A DNA stretch of 64,000 bases from an uncultured bacterium (GTDB lineage: Bacteria; Planctomycetota; UBA1135; GCA-002686595). The position numbers were made by a program, and so were the translations under genes. The notes below the pieces were generated by a model. That model saw only the letters and a program-made list of their open reading frames with translations, did not search any database and had not been told where the DNA came from. The number at the start of each line of letters is the position of its first letter. The first letter of the stretch is position 1. This document shows, one piece after another, positions 38,698-47,436 of this stretch. The stretch covers positions 352,001 to 416,000 of the forward strand of contig CALSNU010000002.1 in assembly GCA_943787795.1 (NCBI GenBank), written 5' to 3'.

Positions 38698-39681
38698 ATG
38701 ATTCCCCCGCTCCACCGCCCGCGTCGCAGCCGCCGCACCCCGGCGCTGCGTGACCTCGTCCGGGAGACCACCCTCTCGGCCCACGACCTCGTGTACCCGG
38801 TGTTCCTGCACGCTGATGAGGAGGACGTGGACATCGAGGCCATGCCAGGTCAGACCCGTTGGTCCCCCGACGGGCTGCTGCGAATCGCCGAGCAGACGCT
38901 CGAGGCGGGCGTCCGAGCCATGGTCTTGTTCCCCAAGATCGACGACGGCGCGAAGGACTCCACTGCGACCGAGGTCAGCAACGAGGACGGGCTCGTGCCC
39001 CGCTCGCTACGGGCGCTGAAGGCGCGCTTCCCGGAGCTGGTCCTCTTCACGGACGTCGCCCTGGACCCTTACAGCAGCGATGGCCACGACGGGATCGTGG
39101 ACGCCGCTTCAGGGGTCATCCTCAACGACGAGACGGTCGAGGTCCTCTGCCGTCAGGCCGTGGTCCAGGCGCGGGCGGGCGCGGACGTGATTGCCCCCAG
39201 TGACATGATGGACGGCCGCGTCGGTGCCATCCGCGAGGCCCTCGACGCCGAGGGCTTCACGGAGGTCTCGATCCTCTCTTACACCGCCAAGTACGCGTCT
39301 TCGTTCTACGGCCCCTTCCGCGGTGCGCTCGATTCGGCGCCCAAAGAGGGAGACAAGAAGACCTATCAGATGGACCCGGCCAACGCCCGAGAGGCGACAC
39401 GCGAGCTCTTTCTGGATGAGGCGGAGGGAGCCGACATGGTGATGGTGAAGCCTGCGGGCCCCTACCTCGACATCGTGAGAGCCATTCGTGAGGCGACGAC
39501 CCTGCCCGTGGCCGCCTACCAGGTCTCCGGCGAGTACCTCATGATCGAGGCTGCCGCGCGCTCCGGCTGGCTCGATCGCCGGGAGGTGGCCCTTGAGAGC
39601 CTGGTCGGCATCAAGCGAGCAGGCGCCGACATGATCCTCACCTATCACGCCCTCGACGCCGCCGCCTGGCTGGCCGAGTGA
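38698..39681 (+). CDS. hemB: Porphobilinogen synthase (delta-aminolevulinate dehydratase), Zn-independent type
   Basis: RPRR, DVALDPYSSDGHDG (Asp-rich rather than Cys-rich metal site), APSDMMDGRV, YTAKYASSFYGPFR, YQMD, MVKPA, YQVSGEY. Confidence 0.97.
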   Translation: MIPPLHRPRRSRRTPALRDLVRETTLSAHDLVYPVFLHADEEDVDIEAMPGQTRWSPDGLLRIAEQTLEAGVRAMVLFPKIDDGAKDSTATEVSNEDGLVPRSLRALKARFPELVLFTDVALDPYSSDGHDGIVDAASGVILNDETVEVLCRQAVVQARAGADVIAPSDMMDGRVGAIREALDAEGFTEVSILSYTAKYASSFYGPFRGALDSAPKEGDKKTYQMDPANAREATRELFLDEAEGADMVMVKPAGPYLDIVRAIREATTLPVAAYQVSGEYLMIEAAARSGWLDRREVALESLVGIKRAGADMILTYHALDAAAWLAE

Positions 39682-39684
39682 GCG

Positions 39685-40293
39685 TCAGGGCGTGAGGATG
39701 CCTGCCTCTCGCAGGAGCCGGGCGGTCGCCAGCAATGGCAAGCCGATGATCCCCGTGTGATCATCACTTCGAATCTGCTCGAAGAGGCGGATCCCCTCGT
39801 CCTCGATGCGGTAGCCACCCGCGCAGTCGAGCGGAGCGAAACGCTCCACGTACGCGGTCGCCTCGGCGCGATCGAAGGGGCGCATGGTCAGCTGCTGACG
39901 GTCGACGGTCTCCAACCGCTCCCCCGTGGCCTCAGACATGAGCACGATCCCGTTCACCAGCGAGTGGGTCCGGCCCGAGAGCTCCATGAGCTGCTCCACA
40001 CAGCGCCCGGAGGTCCCTGGCTTGGTGAGCTGCCGACGCGCCCCGTCCGGCGCCTCCAAGACCCCGACCTGATCAGCGCACAAGAGCCAGCGCGAGCCAC
40101 CCTCCCGCCAGATGGCCTGGGCCTTGGCACGGGCGAGGATGAGCGCGAACTCCCCCGGCAAGGAATGCTCAAATTGAGCATCAAAGGCCCTCTCATCCAC
40201 CTCAGGGGACTCCTGGGTGAAGCTCACGCCAAGCTGCTCGAGGAGCTTGGCCCGATATGAGGACGACGAGCCGAGGACGAGCAGTTGGTTCAA
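39685..40293 (-). CDS. Maf family nucleotide pyrophosphatase (YceF-like)
   Basis: Real gene is the 3' part of ORF 39685..41049; TTG start assumed at 40293. LVLGSSSSYR, SPEVDE, LARAKA, ADQV, KPG, LSGRTH, CAGGYRIE, IIGLPL. Confidence 0.88.
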   Translation of the reverse strand: MNQLLVLGSSSSYRAKLLEQLGVSFTQESPEVDERAFDAQFEHSLPGEFALILARAKAQAIWREGGSRWLLCADQVGVLEAPDGARRQLTKPGTSGRCVEQLMELSGRTHSLVNGIVLMSEATGERLETVDRQQLTMRPFDRAEATAYVERFAPLDCAGGYRIEDEGIRLFEQIRSDDHTGIIGLPLLATARLLREAGILTP

Positions 40294-40368
40294 AAGAGAC
40301 CCTTCGGTGCCTGAAAGAGACCCGCTGATGTAGGGGAAGCCCTCAGTCGGGTAGATTTCAGTCATACC

Positions 40369-41394
40369 ATGAGAACGCCGCCGAACTCCACCGCCGTGCT
40401 CGCGATGGTCGCCACTGCGACGGTCGTCTCGGGAGCCCTCCTTGCCCTCTCTGCGGGCTCCGAGAGCCCTCGAGCCGCGTATGCCGTGGAGAGAACGGAG
40501 ATCGCTTCGGTGACGGTGGACGAGGTCAGCGCGCCCGTGGCGCAGCTCGTGGAGCGCGACACGACGGCCTCCTCGCCCGCGCCGGCCGACTCTTCCAGCG
40601 CCTTCGCGGTCCAGCTGCTGGTGCTCGACGGGGCCACCGGGCTCGTCGTCACGGGTGCCACCGTGACCCTTGGAAGCAAGGTGGAGCGCTTCGAGCCTGT
40701 AGGCCGACTCCCCCTGACGCTGGAGGTCCCGCGTCCTGGCGAGCCCCTGCTGGTTGCCGCCGCCGGATTCGAACCGCGCATCTTCACCGCCGAAGGTGAG
40801 GGACCCCAGGAGGTCCTCCTCTCTCGTCGCACCGCCCTCCGCGGCGTGGTCCGGAACGCCCACGGAGCTCCGCTGCCCCACGCCAAGGTCCAGCTGATCG
40901 TCGACGGCGACGCGGCGAACGCCAGTCCGGATGCCGCCAGCCCGCGCCACGCAACGCTCCGGCGCACGGACGCCCGTGGCGCCTTCACCTTCGACGCCCT
41001 CAGGCCAGGGACCTACCGGACCGCGGTCGAGATCGCTGGCATCACACACCTCTCACAGCCGCGCGAGCTGCGGGAGGGAGAGTGGGCAGAGGCGGACCAC
41101 CGGCTCGTCAGCTCGTCCTCTCTGGTCGTCCAGGTCGACGGCGCCCTCGGCCTCCCCGCCGAGCGTGCCCGGCTCCTCGTTCAGCGCGACGACGGTGAGG
41201 CTCCCCTGACTCGCTACACGGACGACCGTGGCCGGGCCGAGATCCGACCGCTCCCCGCTGGCTCCTACCAGCTCACCGTCCAGAGCGACAAGGGCACCTC
41301 AGACCCGCGCTCGTTCAAGATCAAGGAGGGGGATCAAGGACTCATCGACCTCCGCGTCCAGCTCTCTGCGGCACCGCTCGACCCCCAGCACTGA
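40369..41394 (+). CDS. Membrane-anchored or secreted protein with carboxypeptidase-regulatory-like (transthyretin-fold) repeats
   Basis: Hydrophobic N-terminus; LRGVVRNAHGAPLPHAKV, TDARGAFTFDALRPGTY, TDDRGRAEIRPLPAGSYQL. Confidence 0.75.
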   Translation: MRTPPNSTAVLAMVATATVVSGALLALSAGSESPRAAYAVERTEIASVTVDEVSAPVAQLVERDTTASSPAPADSSSAFAVQLLVLDGATGLVVTGATVTLGSKVERFEPVGRLPLTLEVPRPGEPLLVAAAGFEPRIFTAEGEGPQEVLLSRRTALRGVVRNAHGAPLPHAKVQLIVDGDAANASPDAASPRHATLRRTDARGAFTFDALRPGTYRTAVEIAGITHLSQPRELREGEWAEADHRLVSSSSLVVQVDGALGLPAERARLLVQRDDGEAPLTRYTDDRGRAEIRPLPAGSYQLTVQSDKGTSDPRSFKIKEGDQGLIDLRVQLSAAPLDPQH

Positions 41395-41404
41395 CCAGCG
41401 ACAC

Positions 41405-42664
41405 ATGAAAGCAACCCGCAGCCACAGCCTGATCACCGCTCTCTCCGCGCTGACCCTCATCGCCGCCGGATGCGGTGGCGGGGGCTCGTCGAGCTCGGCC
41501 GTCAACCCCACGTCCTCGCTGAACGAGATCGACACCTCCGGTGAACCGGACGGCGTGGTCCCGCTTCCCGGGACCGTGGACGCTCGTATCCGGGCGGTCT
41601 TCGACAAGTACTCCAACCTCGACGCCCCCGGCGGCGAACGGATCCACTTCCTCGGGCAGCCGGGCGTCTCCGATGAACGCATGTTCCGGGTCAAGGCCAT
41701 CTTCGAGCAGCTGGTCACCGACGTTCCTGGGAGCGCCCTCGGCGCGGAGAAGGGCGACGTCTTCGATGCCGTGGCGGCACTGGACACCACGATCGTGGTG
41801 GTGGAGGGGCAGCAGGCCTTCGATGTCACCGACGCCCCCGTCGCCTCCTTTGTGGCCTTCTTCGACGGGCTCTACGCGAGCGTTGACTGCTCCAAGGTCG
41901 TTCAGGAGGGGAGCCCTGAGTACCTCAACCCCGACCCGGCGATCGACGGCACCCTCTCCGAGACCTCCGGGATCCTGCTCCGGTTCGGGCTCGGGGCGAC
42001 GATCCCCCAGTTCTCCGCAGCGCTCACCGCCGCTCGAACAGCGGCTGAGATCCAGGGGATCTACCAGCCCGAGTCGGCCCAGCCCCAGGGCCTCGCCGAC
42101 TCCAACTACCTCGGCCTGATCCTCTCGGTCTACTACGGAGTCTGGGCCCACGACCCGTCCAGCCAGGGCACCGCGGGGACCGCGGACGTCTACGACTTCT
42201 GCGACCGGGACGCCATGGCGGCTGGTGACCCCGACGCGATCGCGCTGATCGAGTCCTTCTTCTCGCCCCGTCAGAGCTTCCCTGCCTACCTCTCGACCTC
42301 CTTCAGCGGGACCTTCGAGATGCAGTTTGATCCGGCGATCGCCTACACACACCGCTCCCGCTACCTCGAGCGGGTTGGCTTCCGAGGCGCCGTGACCGGG
42401 CGCATCAACGGCAACGAATTCGACAACACCTTCCTGGGTGGAGACCTCGCAGATCAATTCGAGGGACGCGGCGGCAACGACAAGATCGAGGGCGACCTCG
42501 GGGCGGATGAGGCCTTCTTCAGCGGCCCCAGGGCCGAGTACACGATCGTCCCGCTGGACGCCACGGTGACCCGTGTGTCCGACACCGTCGCCGGCCGTGA
42601 CGGCGAGGATGACGTCCGGCAGATCACTCGCCTCCACTTCTCGGACATGATCATCGACCTCTGA
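41405..42664 (+). CDS. Lipoprotein with a C-terminal RTX/serralysin-like Ca-binding region
   Basis: Start moved to ATG 41405. Lipobox IAAGC then GGGGSSSS; GNEFDNTFLGG...GRGGNDKIEGDLGAD; ends DGEDDVRQITRLHFSD. Confidence 0.75.
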   Translation: MKATRSHSLITALSALTLIAAGCGGGGSSSSAVNPTSSLNEIDTSGEPDGVVPLPGTVDARIRAVFDKYSNLDAPGGERIHFLGQPGVSDERMFRVKAIFEQLVTDVPGSALGAEKGDVFDAVAALDTTIVVVEGQQAFDVTDAPVASFVAFFDGLYASVDCSKVVQEGSPEYLNPDPAIDGTLSETSGILLRFGLGATIPQFSAALTAARTAAEIQGIYQPESAQPQGLADSNYLGLILSVYYGVWAHDPSSQGTAGTADVYDFCDRDAMAAGDPDAIALIESFFSPRQSFPAYLSTSFSGTFEMQFDPAIAYTHRSRYLERVGFRGAVTGRINGNEFDNTFLGGDLADQFEGRGGNDKIEGDLGADEAFFSGPRAEYTIVPLDATVTRVSDTVAGRDGEDDVRQITRLHFSDMIIDL

Positions 42665-42793
42665 GCTCACACACGGCTCCGAGCGACTCCATGCAGGGCC
42701 GCACGCCTCGATCTCGGGTGTGCGGCCCGCTTCGTTGGCAGTCGCCTCGGCCCCACCCTTCAACTGGGGCCTCCGATGTTCCATCATGCGGCC

Positions 42794-43576
42794 ATGCGGT
42801 TCGAACTTGGGGGGCGACGGGCGCTGGTCACAGGCGCGTCCGCCGGGATCGGGCTGGAGATCGCCCGCGAACTCGCCGCCCGCGGCGCTCACCTGACCCT
42901 GGCAGCTCGGCGCCTCGACCGGCTTGAGGCGCTGTCCCGTGAGCTTGAGGCCGCCCACGGCATCGAGGTCGACGTCCTCCCAGCCGACCTCGCCCACCCG
43001 GACGGCGCGCGAGAGCTCATCGCCGCGTGCAGCGACACCCCCGACATCGACGTACTCGTCAACAACGCCGGCGTCGGGATGCACGGCGACGGGGTCGGTC
43101 ACGCCTGGGAGAGCGAGCGGGGCATGATCCAGCTGAACGTCGTGGCCGTGGCCGAGCTCACCAAGCACTTCGCTGGCACCATGCGGGAGCGGGGCTGCGG
43201 CCGGATCCTCCAGGTCGCCTCGACGGCGTCGTTTCTGCCCTGCCCGGGCTACGCCGCCTACGGTGCGACCAAGGCCTTCGTCCTGCACCACGCCGAGGCA
43301 CTTGACGAGGAACTACGAGACTGCGACGTGCGAGTCCTGGCTCTGTGTCCGGGGAGCACGAACACCGACTTCTTCGAGATCTCCGGCAACGTCCGTGGCC
43401 GCGCGCAGGTCGCCACGAGCCTCGACCCCGTGGACGTCGCACGCCTTGGCGTGGACGCGATCCAGCGCGACCGGCGCGTCACCGTCCCTGGCCTCGCCAA
43501 CAAGCTCACCACCGCGGGGCTACGCCTGATCCCGCGCCGCCTGCAGGCCACGCTGGCCCGAATCGTCCTCGAGTGA
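42794..43576 (+). CDS. Short-chain dehydrogenase/reductase
   Basis: TGASAGIG, VNNAG, YGATK, LCPG; start moved to MRFEL. Confidence 0.92.
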   Translation: MRFELGGRRALVTGASAGIGLEIARELAARGAHLTLAARRLDRLEALSRELEAAHGIEVDVLPADLAHPDGARELIAACSDTPDIDVLVNNAGVGMHGDGVGHAWESERGMIQLNVVAVAELTKHFAGTMRERGCGRILQVASTASFLPCPGYAAYGATKAFVLHHAEALDEELRDCDVRVLALCPGSTNTDFFEISGNVRGRAQVATSLDPVDVARLGVDAIQRDRRVTVPGLANKLTTAGLRLIPRRLQATLARIVLE

Positions 43577-43586
43577 CCCCATCACC

Positions 43587-44765
43587 ATGAACTGGAAAAC
43601 CCTCCCCGCCGTCCTCGCTGCAGCCACCGCACCGGCCTGCTCGCTCTTCCAGACCGCCCCCGCCGAGCCGGACTACGGGCGGCCCCTGGCGCCGGGCGCC
43701 GCCGCCCTGATCGAGCTCGGGCCGGACGAGCGCCGCCCCGACATGCGGGGCACCTGGACCTGGCCAGAGCGCGAGGAGCTCGTGCCCGCCCTCGAGCGTT
43801 CCATCAGCTGGACTCGCTCGAAGCACTCCGAACAGTTCTTCCCCATCGCGGGGATCACCCACGAGCGGGCCCTCGCGAGCCTCGAACGCTTCCGGGAGCT
43901 CCTGGACGAGGCTCGCAACGCCGACGAGTTCGCCGCCGCCTTCGAGGACGAGTTCGCGGTCTACAAGAGCGCCGGCTGGGACGGTCGAGGGGGTGGCGTC
44001 CTCTTCACCGGCTACTGCACGCCGCTGCTGCCGGGGAGCCTGGTCCGCACGGCCCGGTATCGTCACCCGCTCCACGCGCTGCCCCAAGACCTGGTCAAGG
44101 CCAAGGACGGCACGACCCTGGGTCAGGCCACGGCCGCGGGACTCCGCAGGTACCCCGATCGCAGGGCGATCCTCGCCGACGCCAGCTACCGTGACCTCGA
44201 GATCATCTGGCTCGCCGATCCGGTGGACGCCTACATCGCCCACGTGAACGGCTCCGCCTTCGTAGAGCTCGAAAACGGCGAGCTCGTCCGCTTCGGGTAC
44301 GCGGGAAAGAACGGGCGGCCCTACACCTCCCTCGGCAAGGAGCTCATCGCCGCGGGGCGCGTGGCGGCGGAGGACATGAACCTGGCGGCCATCCGCAGGT
44401 GGGCGGCCACCCACCCCAGCGAGGTGGAGTCCTTCCTCGCCCGCAACGAGTCCTACGTCTTCTTCACGCCCATCGAAGGGAACCCACGCGGGAGCCTGAA
44501 CCTCGAGGTAGCCACCGAGCGGACCATCGCCACGGACAAGACCCTCTTCCCGCGCGGCGCCCTCTGCTTCGTGGAGACGGCGCTGCCTGGTGCGGCTGGC
44601 GGGAGCCGGCCCTTCACCAAACTGATGCTCGACCAGGACACGGGTGGAGCCATTCGGACCGCCGGTAGAGCGGACCTGTACCTCGGCGTCGGGCCGCAGG
44701 CAGAGCAGCGCTCCGGCGCCACCAGCGCGACCGGCCAGCTGTACTACTTCTTCCTCCGCCAATGA
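43587..44765 (+). CDS. mltA: Membrane-bound lytic murein transglycosylase A (MltA and 3D domains), lipoprotein
   Basis: APAC lipobox; FTGYCTP, HVNGS, YAGKNGRPYTSLG, NESYVFF, DQDTGGAIR...RADLYLG. Confidence 0.9.
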   Translation: MNWKTLPAVLAAATAPACSLFQTAPAEPDYGRPLAPGAAALIELGPDERRPDMRGTWTWPEREELVPALERSISWTRSKHSEQFFPIAGITHERALASLERFRELLDEARNADEFAAAFEDEFAVYKSAGWDGRGGGVLFTGYCTPLLPGSLVRTARYRHPLHALPQDLVKAKDGTTLGQATAAGLRRYPDRRAILADASYRDLEIIWLADPVDAYIAHVNGSAFVELENGELVRFGYAGKNGRPYTSLGKELIAAGRVAAEDMNLAAIRRWAATHPSEVESFLARNESYVFFTPIEGNPRGSLNLEVATERTIATDKTLFPRGALCFVETALPGAAGGSRPFTKLMLDQDTGGAIRTAGRADLYLGVGPQAEQRSGATSATGQLYYFFLRQ

Positions 44766-45223
44766 GCCAGGCGGCCGAGATCGTCGCCGTCTGCGTGGGG
44801 CCAGGCGGCATCCCCAAGCCCCAGGTCGAGACCTGCGCCGTCACCGTCGAGGGGCTCGAGGGGGACGGACACCGTTACGAGAGTCACGGGGGGCCAGACC
44901 GGGCCGTCTGCCTTCTGGCGCTCGAGGTCTACGAAGCGCTCCGTGAGGACGGCGTGGCGTGCGACGAACCGGGGACCTTCGGCGAGAACGTCCTGACCCG
45001 TGGCCTCGACGATCGGGAGCTCGAGGCGGGCGACCGGCTCCGCTTCGGCGAGGGCCCGGTGGTTGAGATCCATGACATCCGCGCTCCCTGCCTGACGCTC
45101 AAGTCCGTCGACCCGCGCTTCCCCGAGCTGTTGGTGGGACGCAGCGGCTGGGTCTGCCGCGTCGTCGAGCCAGGGATTCTCCGGCGCGGCGCCACCATCG
45201 AGCACTTGCCGGCGAACGCCTAG
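44762..45223 (+). CDS. MOSC domain protein (YiiM-like)
   Basis: GGIPK, GLEGD, HGGPDRAV, PGTFGEN, RAPC; ATGA overlap with mltA. Confidence 0.88.
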   Translation: MSQAAEIVAVCVGPGGIPKPQVETCAVTVEGLEGDGHRYESHGGPDRAVCLLALEVYEALREDGVACDEPGTFGENVLTRGLDDRELEAGDRLRFGEGPVVEIHDIRAPCLTLKSVDPRFPELLVGRSGWVCRVVEPGILRRGATIEHLPANA

Positions 45224-45295
45224 ATGCTGGCCCGGCCGCCCCTGATCGGGCAAGATCGGCCGCGCCGCTCCGCTCCACCCCTTCCACACCACCAG

Positions 45296-45538
45296 ATGTC
45301 CGAGTTCGAAGTCGTCTCCTACACCATCGAGCCCGTCGAGGGTGACGCCCAGATCGCGATCACGATCCATGCCTCGGACGGGAACAAGTGGGAGTACGGC
45401 GTGCCCTACAGCCCGGATACGGGCCGCTTCACATTCGAGGAGCTGGACGTGCTCGCGACCGACTTCGGCGAAGACTTCGCGGAGGAGCTCGAGGAGAAGC
45501 TCGAAGAAGCCGTCCGCAAGGTGATCGACGGGGACTGA
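45296..45538 (+). CDS. Small acidic hypothetical protein (80 aa)
   Basis: Start moved to ATG 45296 (MSEFEVVSY...); strong GC3 codon usage; 22 Asp/Glu versus 5 Lys/Arg by manual count. Confidence 0.7.
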   Translation: MSEFEVVSYTIEPVEGDAQIAITIHASDGNKWEYGVPYSPDTGRFTFEELDVLATDFGEDFAEELEEKLEEAVRKVIDGD

Positions 45539-45615
45539 GTCTTCAGCGGAGGCCCAGGGCTTCGGCGCGGACCGGGCCCTCAGCGCAGACCGGGCCTTGA
45601 TCCCGGGCCCGCATG

Positions 45616-46650
45616 TCAACGCCGTTCAGCGCCGTCGACGGTCTCCGGCTGGGACGCGCCACCCGGAGGATCCCCGGCCGAGTCTTCGGTCGAGCCTCCG
45701 GTCGAGTCTCCGGTCGAGCCTCCGGCAGAAGGCACCCTCACCCCCCCGATCAGGGCGGCCTCCGCTTCCGTGAGGTTGAGCCCCAGGGCGTGCTCGATGA
45801 TCGCCTCGGCATCGCCGTCGCGTCCCTCCAAGAGGAGCGCCGCGGCATACGCGGCGAGCGCCGGAACGTCGCCCGGGTCCGACTCCGCGGCCCTCGCCAG
45901 GTGAGCCATTCCATCCACCCGCCGCCCGCCGGCGAGCTCGGATTGGCCCGTGCGCCAGAGGGCCTCGGTGTGCTGGGGATAGGCACGGAGCAGCGGCGCG
46001 AGCCAGTCCGCGCACCTCGGGTCGCTGCCCAGGAGCCGCGCCGCCTCGAGGCGGCGCCCCAACGACGAGGCCGCCACGCTCTCTTCCCCGCGGAAGGCGG
46101 CCCCGAAGGCCTCAGCAGCGAGCTTCATCTGGCCCGTGCTGGCCCAGGCCACGCCCAGGCCGAACTGCGCGTCCCGGTCGCTCGGATCCAGCCCGACTCC
46201 CCGGACCAGGCGGTCGAGCCCCTGATCGAGATTGCCGTCCGCCACGTCCAGAGCGCCCAGCCTCGAGAGCGTCCTGGGCAGGTCTGGATCGGCAGCGAGC
46301 GCCGCCTCATAGTCCGCGCGCGCCGCCTCGGGGCGGCCCAGCTCCTCCCTCGCGCAGCCTCGCATCTCCAGCAGCTGCGGGTCCCCGGGCGTCCGAGCGA
46401 GAAGGTCATCGAGGCGCACAAGGGCGTCGTCGGGGCGCCCGGCCACGAGGGAGGCTCGGGCCGCCAGTCGGCCGGCCTCGAGATCCCGAAGACCCGAGTC
46501 GAAGTAGATCTGAGTCCAGAGCCCGGCCGCCTCGGACCACGACCCCACGCGCTCGTAAGCCTCGGCCCGGACGAGCCTCGGGTCGTCGACCTCCGTGGTC
46601 ACGCATGAGACGCACTGCAGAAGGCAGACGCCCGCCATCAGCGCGGGCAT
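45616..46650 (-). CDS. Tetratricopeptide-repeat lipoprotein
   Basis: Start moved to ATG 46650 (MPALMAGVCLLQCVSC). TPR patterns AEAARADYEAALAADP and AQFGLGVAWASTG; tail encoded by 12-nt tandem repeats (GSTG/DSTG). Confidence 0.78.
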   Translation of the reverse strand: MPALMAGVCLLQCVSCVTTEVDDPRLVRAEAYERVGSWSEAAGLWTQIYFDSGLRDLEAGRLAARASLVAGRPDDALVRLDDLLARTPGDPQLLEMRGCAREELGRPEAARADYEAALAADPDLPRTLSRLGALDVADGNLDQGLDRLVRGVGLDPSDRDAQFGLGVAWASTGQMKLAAEAFGAAFRGEESVAASSLGRRLEAARLLGSDPRCADWLAPLLRAYPQHTEALWRTGQSELAGGRRVDGMAHLARAAESDPGDVPALAAYAAALLLEGRDGDAEAIIEHALGLNLTEAEAALIGGVRVPSAGGSTGDSTGGSTEDSAGDPPGGASQPETVDGAERR

Positions 46651-46683
46651 GATGCCCAGGCGCCCCCGGGCGCGCTCTCGAAG

Positions 46684-47436
46684 ATGACCAGAGCCCTCCT
46701 CCTCGACTTCGGCGGCACGCTCGCCATCGAACGTACCGGCCGCGCGGCGATCTACGCGGAAGCCGCTGCGCGACGAGGGGTCGAGGTGCGCCCTGCCGCG
46801 ATGGCCAGGTTGATGGCCGAGACTCACGCGACCCTCCCTGTCACGATTTCGACGGCGCAGGGAAGCGCCTTCAGATACAGCCGCGAGTGGTTCGAACGCT
46901 TCATCGAGGTCATCTTCGCCGAACGGCTCGGGCTGTCCAGCACAGACGTTGCTTGCGCCCAGGAGCAGCTCTTCTCTGTGTTCGAGGACGCCCGAACCTT
47001 CCGGCTCTTCCCGGGCGCCGCGGATCTGATCGAGCGCGCTCAGGCCAGCGGGTGGCGCGTCGGGGTGGTCTCCAACTGGAGCTACGCCCTGGAGCCCCTG
47101 CTCCATGACCTCGGTCTACGACCAGACACCGTCGCCTGCAGCGCCGTCGAGGGAGCAGAGAAGCCAGCCGAGGTCCTCTTCCGGCGGGCCCTGGAGCGGC
47201 TGCAAGCGAGCCCAGAGGGCTCGCTGCACGTCGGAGACTCCCGGGAGAACGACGTCCTGGGCGCCCGCTCTGCGGGTATCGAGCCCGTGTTCCTGACGCG
47301 GGCGGAGGCCCCGAAAGACCCCGGTGTCCGCTCGATCCGATGCCTGACCGAGCTACGGCTCCAAACCTCTCAGTCCGTCGTGATCGACCCGCCGGCTCCC
47401 GGAGACAGGAACTCCGGGTTGAGCTCGACCGAGTAG
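46684..47436 (+). CDS. HAD superfamily hydrolase (IA variant)
   Basis: LLDFGGTL, VVSNW, EKP, HVGDSRENDVLGA. Confidence 0.88.
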   Translation: MTRALLLDFGGTLAIERTGRAAIYAEAAARRGVEVRPAAMARLMAETHATLPVTISTAQGSAFRYSREWFERFIEVIFAERLGLSSTDVACAQEQLFSVFEDARTFRLFPGAADLIERAQASGWRVGVVSNWSYALEPLLHDLGLRPDTVACSAVEGAEKPAEVLFRRALERLQASPEGSLHVGDSRENDVLGARSAGIEPVFLTRAEAPKDPGVRSIRCLTELRLQTSQSVVIDPPAPGDRNSGLSSTE

